Origin: Acutalibacteraceae bacterium
GTDB lineage: Bacteria; Bacillota; Clostridia; Oscillospirales; Acutalibacteraceae
DNA length: 64,000 nucleotides
Assembly (NCBI GenBank): GCA_045646145.1
Contig: JAZRKE010000010.1
Location: 18,847 to 82,846 of the forward strand
Direction of reading: 5' to 3'
Shown here: piece after piece, positions 57,087 through 64,000 of the stretch
Layout: every line of letters starts with the position of its first letter
How positions within the stretch are numbered: position 1 is the stretch's first letter
Made by a program: the position numbers and the translations under genes
The notes under the pieces: model-generated
What the model saw: the letters and a program-made list of their open reading frames with translations, nothing else
What the model was told of the DNA's origin: nothing
Database searches by the model: none

Positions 57087-58049
57087 TTAAATTTTTTTAG
57101 AAAAAAGCTTTTCGGCGAACCACACGCTGTCTACCTTAAAGGTTTTATCCTTTAAATAATTAAGAATTCCTGCATCGGTTTTAAAGGAAAAGGTAAGCTT
57201 ATAGGAATAAAGCGCCTGCTTATTAAAGCCGAGCTTTTTATCTTCGGCGAGTTTGCCGTATTTACCGTCACCAAGCAGGGCGTGTCCTATAGACGCCATA
57301 TGCGCCCTTATCTGATGGGTTCTGCCTGTTAAGAGCTCAATTTCCAACAGAGATAAATTATCCTTTGAAGCGAGAACGGTATAAGCCGTTCTGATTTCAC
57401 TCGAATTTTCTTTTTTCTCTTTACTTAAATAAACCTTGTTTTTCTGCTCGTTTTTTTGGAGATAGCCCGTGAGCAACGCCTTTTTTTCTTTTAGTACACC
57501 GTGAACAACGGTCAAATATCGTTTATCAATTTCTCGGTGTTTTATTTTATCGCAGAGAATTCTGAGCGACTCGGCATTCTTTGCCGCTATTACAATACCG
57601 CCTGTGTTCCTGTCAATTCGGTTGGCAAGGGCGGGCATAAAGGAGTTTTCTTTTTCGGGGTCAAACTCACCCTTTTCATATAAATAACGCTGAATTCTGC
57701 CGATAAGGGTGTCTATATACTCCTTATCATCAGGATGAGATAACACTCCCTGCGGCTTATCGGCAAGTAAAATATTTTCATCCTCATAAACAATCTTTAA
57801 CTGTTTCGAGGCTCTAAGAAAATCGTAATATTTTTCCTTTTCACCTAAAAATTCATCCTTAATATATGCGTCTACCCTGTCCCCTACATTAAGCCTTGTG
57901 GAAATCTCGGCGCGCCTGCCGTTGACCTTTATATCCTTGGTGCGAATACACTTATACATAAGGGATTTCGGCAATAAGGGTATATTTTTTGATATAAATT
58001 TATCTAATCTCAGCGTAGCATCGTTTTTACCCACGATAAAGCTCTTCAT
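57087..58049 (-). CDS. RluA-family pseudouridine synthase with N-terminal S4 domain
   Basis: S4-like LDKFISKNIP...IKVNGRRAE. Catalytic ANRIDRNTGGIVIAAK. HQIRAHMAS motif. Confidence 0.88.
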   Translation of the reverse strand: MKSFIVGKNDATLRLDKFISKNIPLLPKSLMYKCIRTKDIKVNGRRAEISTRLNVGDRVDAYIKDEFLGEKEKYYDFLRASKQLKIVYEDENILLADKPQGVLSHPDDKEYIDTLIGRIQRYLYEKGEFDPEKENSFMPALANRIDRNTGGIVIAAKNAESLRILCDKIKHREIDKRYLTVVHGVLKEKKALLTGYLQKNEQKNKVYLSKEKKENSSEIRTAYTVLASKDNLSLLEIELLTGRTHQIRAHMASIGHALLGDGKYGKLAEDKKLGFNKQALYSYKLTFSFKTDAGILNYLKDKTFKVDSVWFAEKLFSKKI

Positions 58050-58188
58050 TACCTTTCCCCCTTTTTCATTTTTATTATAATACTATTTTTTCGCTGTTTT
58101 TTCAATATTTTATTTACTTTTAGTGTATTTTATATTATCATATCTAAAAGAAATTATCGGCAAGGGGGTGAAAAGCTTGGAAAATAAT

Positions 58189-58878
58189 ATGGCTGCCGAG
58201 CACAGACGGCGCGCTAAGAATAAATTTTTAGCAAACGGTTTTCCAAAAGGCACTCCGCCGCACGAAATTCTCGAATTCTTGCTCTTTTATTCCATTTCCC
58301 GCAAGGATACAAAGATTATAGCCAAGCGTTTACTTGAAAAGTTCGGCTCATTCAGCAATGTTTTTAACGCACCCGTAAAAGAACTCGAAAAAGTCGAAGG
58401 TATGGGGGAACATTCAGCTATTCTAATTAAATTAATACCCGAAATTGCAAGGGCGTATAACGACGACACCGTAAGCCATGTTTCCAACCTTAACACCACA
58501 GATGAGATTGGTACATATCTGCTAAGTCGCTATGCCTATTTCGGCACCGATGAAATCTTATCGGTTGTGAGCTTTAATAATGCCGGAAAGCTGCTTTCAT
58601 TCAATGTTATCGAAAAGGGTGATATCGGCTCGGTAGGCGTCAGCACTAGAAAGGTAATCGAAACACTGATTAACACCAAAGCCACCTCGGTTGTAATTGC
58701 ACATAATCATCCGGGCGGATTTGCTCTGCCATCTGACGGCGACCTGAAGGTTACCCAAATGCTTGCACGCTCACTTAAAAGCATTAATGTAAACCTGGTT
58801 GACCACATCATTATTGCCGGCGGTGATTTTGTTTCCCTCAGGCAAAGTGAAAACTTTAAAAATTTATTTTCCGACTAA
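58189..58878 (+). CDS. radC: RadC-family JAB/MPN domain protein
   Basis: HhH-like N-terminus and AHNHPGG JAMM motif. The start could instead be TTG 58177. Confidence 0.85.
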   Translation: MAAEHRRRAKNKFLANGFPKGTPPHEILEFLLFYSISRKDTKIIAKRLLEKFGSFSNVFNAPVKELEKVEGMGEHSAILIKLIPEIARAYNDDTVSHVSNLNTTDEIGTYLLSRYAYFGTDEILSVVSFNNAGKLLSFNVIEKGDIGSVGVSTRKVIETLINTKATSVVIAHNHPGGFALPSDGDLKVTQMLARSLKSINVNLVDHIIIAGGDFVSLRQSENFKNLFSD

Positions 58879-58912
58879 AAAACGGCTAAGTTTAACTTAG
58901 CCGTTTTTTGCT

Positions 58913-59497
58913 TTATTTTCTTATTGCCTTTGTTACTCTGAGCAGTGAGGGTGCCATAACAACATTAAGTACCAGTTCAATAATAAAGTTAACCCCTACA
59001 AGTCCCACAATAGCGTAAGTAACAATATTTGTTCCTCCCGCCCAGGAAGCCAGAATATCCTTAAAGAAAAGGAACATAGCGCTCACAAAAAGTCCGGTAT
59101 TTACTATCGGCGCCGCAATGGCAGAAAGCATAATGGTTAAATATGAATTTTTACCGCCGAATGCCTTCCTGACAAGTCCTGCCGCAAAGCCTGCCGCAGC
59201 ACCCTTTACAATACATACAAGGCTTGTGAGAAACGGACTTGCGCTGACTAAGATATAACCGCCGCCGTCAAGACCTGTGAAGCAGCATACCGTAACCGTA
59301 ATGCCGAAAACTGCACCGAGTATAGCGCCCACCTTAGCGCCGTACAGATAAGCTCCGAGCACCACCGGAATTAAAACAAGCGACAGATTAAATGTGCCGA
59401 TTTTAATAAAGTAGCTCAGCAGCTGCAGTACCACTATAATGGCAGAAAACATACCGAGTATAGCGGTGTTTGTTGATTTTTTTCCTGTGTTTGACAT
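58913..59497 (-). CDS. ECF transporter S component (possibly pantothenate-specific PanT, by context with coaX)
   Basis: 194 aa with 5-6 TM helices and an S-component-like N-terminus. Immediately downstream of coaX on the same strand. Confidence 0.65.
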   Translation of the reverse strand: MSNTGKKSTNTAILGMFSAIIVVLQLLSYFIKIGTFNLSLVLIPVVLGAYLYGAKVGAILGAVFGITVTVCCFTGLDGGGYILVSASPFLTSLVCIVKGAAAGFAAGLVRKAFGGKNSYLTIMLSAIAAPIVNTGLFVSAMFLFFKDILASWAGGTNIVTYAIVGLVGVNFIIELVLNVVMAPSLLRVTKAIRK

Positions 59498-59706
59498 AAA
59501 AATACCTCCGATACTGCCACGAAAACGCTACGCGTTTAATGAATAGATAATAGTGAAAAGTGAATAGTTGAGGTGTTTGCTTTCGCAAACGGATGTAAAT
59601 GTAAAAAAAATTATCATTTCACCTCAAAAGCACATATCTCGTTCAAAAAATCGCCGTTTTGTGTGCAATTCATATATTTTTAATCCGCTAATGCGGGATT
59701 AAACAA

Positions 59707-60471
59707 TTAATTATTCTTCTCGTAAATCACGCGAAGACCGTCGAGCAACAAATTCTCATTATATATAATGTTTCGCTCACAGTGTCCCACAATTTCTCTG
59801 GAGAGCCCACCTGTTGCAACAACGGTAGCCGTCATACCGAGTTCGTCTTCAATGCGGTCAATAATACCGTCGAGCATTGCAGCGGTACCGAAAATAAGAC
59901 CCGAACGCATACAGTCGACAGTGTTGGTTCCAATAACATTCTGCGGCGCCTCAATTCTGATAGAGGGTAGCTGTGAAGTGTTCTCGGAAAGTGCTTTAAG
60001 CGTTAAATTAACCCCTGCCGCTATAGCACCGCCTAAAAACGCCCCGTTTTTATCAAGCACACTAACGGTGGTTGCCGTACCCATATCAATTATAATACAG
60101 GGCATTGTATATTCATACAGCGCACCTGCCGCGGCGGCAGCGAGGTCTGCACCAAGCTGAGCAGGATTATCTATTTTAATATTAAGGCCTGTTTTAACCC
60201 CTGGACCGAGTTCAAGCGGTACTATATTACAGAGCATTGAAATTGCATTCGAAACCGCCTTTCCAACTCCCGGCACAACCGAGGAAATTATTGCATCCTC
60301 AATATTCTCATAGCGACAGCCGTGAAGTAAGAGTATATTCTTAATTTCAACTGCGTACTGATCGGCAGTCTGACTTTTATTGGTGGCTAATCGCGCTGTG
60401 AAAAGCAGAACCTCGCCATCATAAAGACCTAAAGTAATATTAGTGTTACCAATATCGGCTGCTAAAAGCAT
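59707..60471 (-). CDS. coaX: type III pantothenate kinase
   Basis: MLLAADIGNTNITLGLY and IIIDMGTATT motifs. Confidence 0.92.
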   Translation of the reverse strand: MLLAADIGNTNITLGLYDGEVLLFTARLATNKSQTADQYAVEIKNILLLHGCRYENIEDAIISSVVPGVGKAVSNAISMLCNIVPLELGPGVKTGLNIKIDNPAQLGADLAAAAAGALYEYTMPCIIIDMGTATTVSVLDKNGAFLGGAIAAGVNLTLKALSENTSQLPSIRIEAPQNVIGTNTVDCMRSGLIFGTAAMLDGIIDRIEDELGMTATVVATGGLSREIVGHCERNIIYNENLLLDGLRVIYEKNN

Positions 60472-60643
60472 ATAATCACCTCTGAGTGTGATTATATCAC
60501 TATATTACGGTAAAATCAAGAAAAATAATGGTTGACTTTTCCTTTGTTTACTGATATAATTTCTCTATCTGTGGAAGTATGTCCGCAGAATCCTTGCTTT
60601 GACAGTAAGTCAAGGCCATAAAGTCCAGAAGGAGGTGCTACGA

Positions 60644-60928
60644 ATGGTTAAGAATAAGTACGAAGCTACTTTGGTTTTCTCTGTAAAGGCAGGCGACGAG
60701 GCCGTTACCGCTTTAAACGAGAAATTCAAGGCTTTAATTGCTGAAAACGCAACCGTTGAAAATGTAGACGAATGGGGTAAGCGCAAGCTTGCTTATCCGA
60801 TCAACTACGAGAACGACGGATTCTATGTTTTCACAACTTTTGAAAGCGCTCCGGAATTTCCGGCTGAGCTTGAGCGTGTTGCCGGTATTACCGACGGCGT
60901 GCTTCGCGTAATGGTTATTAAAAAATAA
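60644..60928 (+). CDS. rpsF: 30S ribosomal protein S6
   Basis: MVKNKYEATLVFS... GGAGGTG RBS before ATG 60644. Confidence 0.95.
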   Translation: MVKNKYEATLVFSVKAGDEAVTALNEKFKALIAENATVENVDEWGKRKLAYPINYENDGFYVFTTFESAPEFPAELERVAGITDGVLRVMVIKK

Positions 60929-60943
60929 CGGAGGAAGACCTAT

Positions 60944-61369
60944 ATGTTTAACTTAGTAGTATTAACCGGTAGACTTACCGCCGATCCGGAGCTTAAATAT
61001 ACTCCGAACAATATTCCGGTTACATCTTTCTCAATCGCAGTCTCCCGCCGCTATAAAGCAGGAGAAGAAACTCAGGCTGATTTTATTAATATCGTTGCTT
61101 GGCGCCAGACCGCCGAGTTCGTTACCAAGTATTTCAGCAAGGGTAGTATGATCGGCATTGAGGGTTCAATTCAGACCCGCAGATATACAGATAAGGAAGG
61201 CAAAAACAGAACCGCTTTCGAAGTTGTTGCAAACAATGTTCAGTTTGTTGAATCCAAGCGCGACGGTGCTGCTTCTGCAAGTAGCGAGGCTCCCGTTTCC
61301 TTCAGCAACGCGTCAGCCAACGAATTCGTTGAAATTGATAACGGTTCCGACGATGATTTGCCATTCTAA
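60944..61369 (+). CDS. ssb: single-stranded DNA-binding protein
   Basis: OB fold MFNLVVLTGRLTADPELKYTPN... and an acidic tail DDDLPF. Confidence 0.96.
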   Translation: MFNLVVLTGRLTADPELKYTPNNIPVTSFSIAVSRRYKAGEETQADFINIVAWRQTAEFVTKYFSKGSMIGIEGSIQTRRYTDKEGKNRTAFEVVANNVQFVESKRDGAASASSEAPVSFSNASANEFVEIDNGSDDDLPF

Positions 61370-61404
61370 TTTTTATTTTAGAATAATTGTAAGGAGGCAG
61401 AACT

Positions 61405-61647
61405 ATGGAAAAGAATAACGAGAAAATGGCTCGTAGAAAGCCTCGCAGAAAGGTTTGCCACTTCTGTGTAGATCGCGTTGAGGCTATTGATTATAAAGAT
61501 GTAGCAAAGCTTCGCAAGTTCGTATCCGAGCGTGCAAAGATTCTTCCCCGCCGCGCTACCGGCACCTGCGCAAAGCACCAGAGAGAGCTTACAACTGCAA
61601 TCAAACGTGCTCGCCAGATAGCTTTATTACCTTATGTTAATGATTAA
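61405..61647 (+). CDS. rpsR: 30S ribosomal protein S18
   Basis: bS18 ([17 protein letters not shown]...). Confidence 0.95.
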   Translation: MEKNNEKMARRKPRRKVCHFCVDRVEAIDYKDVAKLRKFVSERAKILPRRATGTCAKHQRELTTAIKRARQIALLPYVND

Positions 61648-61652
61648 TTTTT

Positions 61653-61680
61653 AAGAACCGCCGTTGGCGGTTCTTTTTTT
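61653..61680 (+). terminator. intrinsic terminator after rpsR
   Basis: aagaaccgcc-gtt-ggcggttctt + T-run. A second hairpin follows at about 61689-61727. Confidence 0.8.
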
Positions 61681-61865
61681 GCTTTACTAAAAACCGCCTT
61701 TTTTCGACGAAAAAGGTGGTTTTTTGTTGAATTTTCACAAAAACTATACACCAAATATTGTCAGCCTATTTTAAGTTTACCAATTTTTTCATACTTTTCC
61801 TATTGAAAAAAGAAATAACCTCTGTTACAATATAAATATAGAAATACATTTTCGGAGTTTTTTTA

Positions 61866-63734
61866 ATGCAGGATAGAATAAATAATTTTCATAATCAGTT
61901 GTGCTCTGATGCTTACGAATATCTGGGCTCATTTTTAAACGGCGATACGGCTGTTTTCAGGGTTTGGGCTCCCAACGCTACAAATGTTGGGGTGTGCGGA
62001 GATTTTAACGGTTGGACACCTCAGCCTATGCTGAAAATTACAGGCGGCATATGGGAAACCACCATTTCGGGTGTGCACAAATATGATAATTATAAATATT
62101 CTGTTACCGATAAATTCGGCAAGACCGTTTTAAAGGCCGACCCATTTGGCAGACATTTTGAAACAAGTCCCGAAACGGCTACCAAGATTTATCCGCTTGG
62201 CTCTCACGTCTGGCGGGATAAAAAATGGATTAATGCTAGAAAAAAGCAAAATATATATGAATCGCCCGTTAATATTTACGAGGTGCATTTAGGCTCGTGG
62301 CAGAGGAATGATGACGGGAGTGTGCTCGACTATGTTACCGTGGCGCACCGTCTTAGCCATTATGTTAAAGATATGGGCTACACTCACATTGAATTGATGC
62401 CCATAACCGAGCATCCCTTTGAAGGCTCTTGGGGATATCAGGTAACGGGATATTTTGCCCCGACCTCGCGCTACGGCACGCCCGACGATTTTATGAAATT
62501 GGTTGATATAATGCACGAAAATGACATTGGAGTAATACTCGACTGGGTACCCGCCCATTTCCCCCGCGATGAACACGGACTATTCCGTTTTGATGGAGAG
62601 CCCTGCTTTGAATACCAGGACACCCGCAAGGGTGAACATAAGGAATGGGGCACCTGCGTTTTCGATTACGGCAGGGTTGAGGTTATGAACTTCCTTATTT
62701 CCTCGGCTGTGTTCTGGCTTAAAGAGTACCATATTGACGGACTGCGCGTTGATGCGGTAGCCTCAATGCTCTACCTTGACTATAACCGCCGCGACGGCGA
62801 GTGGCTGCCCAATTCCTACGGTGGCAGAGAAAATTTAGAGGCTGTTGAATTTTTAAAAAGACTTAACGAAGCGGCTTTTGCGGCTAATGAGAATGTGCTG
62901 ATGATTGCCGAGGAGTCAACCGCGTGGCCGATGGTTACAAAACCTGCCAATATAGGCGGACTCGGCTTTAACTTTAAATGGAATATGGGTTGGATGAACG
63001 ATATGCTCCGTTACGCATCTTTAGACCCCATTTTCCGCCGCGACAATCACGATCATCTTACATTTTCCTTCTTCTATGCTTTTTCCGAAAACTTTATTCT
63101 GCCGATTTCTCACGACGAGGTGGTTCACGGGAAATGCTCAATGATTAATAAAATGCCGGGTGAATACGAGCAGAAATTTGCATCGCTCAGAGCATTTTAC
63201 GCCTATATGATGGCGCATCCCGGCAAAAAGCTTTTATTTATGGGTCAGGAATTTGCCCAGTTTATTGAGTGGAACTATAAACAGGCATTAGATTGGCTAC
63301 TGCTTGACTATGAAGCCCATACCAAGATGCAGTATTTCACCAAAACCCTTAATAAACTGTATCTCGCCCACCCTGAATTCTGGGAGATTGATTTTTCGTG
63401 GGAGGGCTTTAGCTGGATTTCCTCTGATGATAACACACAAAGTGTTATAGCCTTCAGAAGAATTGCCAAAAGCGGCGAAGAAATTATTGCCGTTTGCAAC
63501 TTTACCCCTGTAACACGGGAAAACTATCGGATAGGCGTTCCGACAAGCAACGCAATTAAACCGATTTTTTCAACCTCCTGGCAGGAGTTTGGCGGAGAAA
63601 ATAAAAAAAGTATGCGCCAGATTAAATCGGAGAAAAAGGCTATGCACGGCTTTGATAATTCGGTTAGTCTTAACATTCCCGGGCTTTCGGTTACATTCTA
63701 CAAGCCAATAGCGAATAAAAAAGACAAGCGATAA
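61866..63734 (+). CDS. glgB: 1,4-alpha-glucan branching enzyme
   Basis: 622 aa, GH13 motifs (GVILDWVPAHF, GLRVDAVASM, MIAEEST, ISHDEV). Confidence 0.95.
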   Translation: MQDRINNFHNQLCSDAYEYLGSFLNGDTAVFRVWAPNATNVGVCGDFNGWTPQPMLKITGGIWETTISGVHKYDNYKYSVTDKFGKTVLKADPFGRHFETSPETATKIYPLGSHVWRDKKWINARKKQNIYESPVNIYEVHLGSWQRNDDGSVLDYVTVAHRLSHYVKDMGYTHIELMPITEHPFEGSWGYQVTGYFAPTSRYGTPDDFMKLVDIMHENDIGVILDWVPAHFPRDEHGLFRFDGEPCFEYQDTRKGEHKEWGTCVFDYGRVEVMNFLISSAVFWLKEYHIDGLRVDAVASMLYLDYNRRDGEWLPNSYGGRENLEAVEFLKRLNEAAFAANENVLMIAEESTAWPMVTKPANIGGLGFNFKWNMGWMNDMLRYASLDPIFRRDNHDHLTFSFFYAFSENFILPISHDEVVHGKCSMINKMPGEYEQKFASLRAFYAYMMAHPGKKLLFMGQEFAQFIEWNYKQALDWLLLDYEAHTKMQYFTKTLNKLYLAHPEFWEIDFSWEGFSWISSDDNTQSVIAFRRIAKSGEEIIAVCNFTPVTRENYRIGVPTSNAIKPIFSTSWQEFGGENKKSMRQIKSEKKAMHGFDNSVSLNIPGLSVTFYKPIANKKDKR

Positions 63735-63806
63735 ATATATCTAGATAAAGGGTATTAAAATTAAGCGCGACAGTTTCTGCCACGCTAAAATACAGGAGTG
63801 ATTAAT

Positions 63807-64000
63807 GTGAAAAAAACCAAATGCGTTGCAATGCTGCTTGCGGGCGGACAAGGCAGCAGACTCGGTGTCTTAACAAAAAAGATTGCCAAACCTGCAGTGC
63901 CCTACGGCGGAAAATACCGAATAATTGATTTTCCGCTATCAAACTGCATAAACTCAGGCATTGATACAGTAGGTGTACTGACGCAGTATCAGCCACTTGA
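63807..64000 (+). CDS. glgC: glucose-1-phosphate adenylyltransferase, N-terminal fragment (runs off window end)
   Basis: Own translation from GTG 63807: [72 protein letters not shown] 9 nt upstream. The ORF-track entry here is the antisense frame. Confidence 0.9.
   Translation, partial: MKKTKCVAMLLAGGQGSRLGVLTKKIAKPAVPYGGKYRIIDFPLSNCINSGIDTVGVLTQYQPL

Noticed and set aside
59660-59706. Hairpin taatccgc-taat-gcgggatta just downstream of coaX, considered as its terminator.
   Set aside because: On the coaX (minus) strand it is followed by an A-run rather than a U-run, so I did not call it an intrinsic terminator.
63802-63996. 64-aa minus-strand ORF from the track.
   Set aside because: The plus strand here encodes the unmistakable GlgC N-terminus ([10 protein letters not shown]...[19 protein letters not shown]).

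Overview
The window looks like a low-GC Firmicutes (Clostridia-type) chromosome segment. All calls come from reading the supplied ORF translations and the raw sequence by eye, with family assignments from memory; no searches were run. Core content: relA(partial)-recJ, trpS-holB-ricT-ferredoxin, pduL-hemW, and the complete S10-spc-alpha ribosomal cluster on the minus strand (12.2-27.6 kb). It also holds a Na/Pi transporter, a LysR regulator, thrS behind a Thr T-box leader, PFOR (nifJ), and TetR/CDF. A rex / perR / reverse-rubrerythrin redox-stress cluster follows, then an alanine/glycine symporter behind a glycine riboswitch, coaX plus an ECF S-component, rpsF-ssb-rpsR and glgB-glgC. Accessory content: (i) an ~8.6-kb integrative mobilizable element (integrase, MobV relaxase, RepL, methylase/nuclease pair, beta-helix surface protein) inserted in the 3' end of the rubrerythrin gene. 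It is followed by further copies of that gene end that bracket integrase-less cassettes of small membrane proteins and lipoproteins (50.2-54.2 kb). (ii) A Y1-transposase/RAYT-like gene carrying an internal 27-bp inverted repeat, with a truncated second copy that ends exactly at that hairpin. The two copies flank a SLOG (DUF2493) gene and a small HTH gene. I saw no rRNA, tRNA or CRISPR array. I cannot point to one clearly novel system; the strongest candidates are the rubrerythrin-targeting element with its att accretion array and uncharacterised cargo, and the RAYT-like hairpin architecture.
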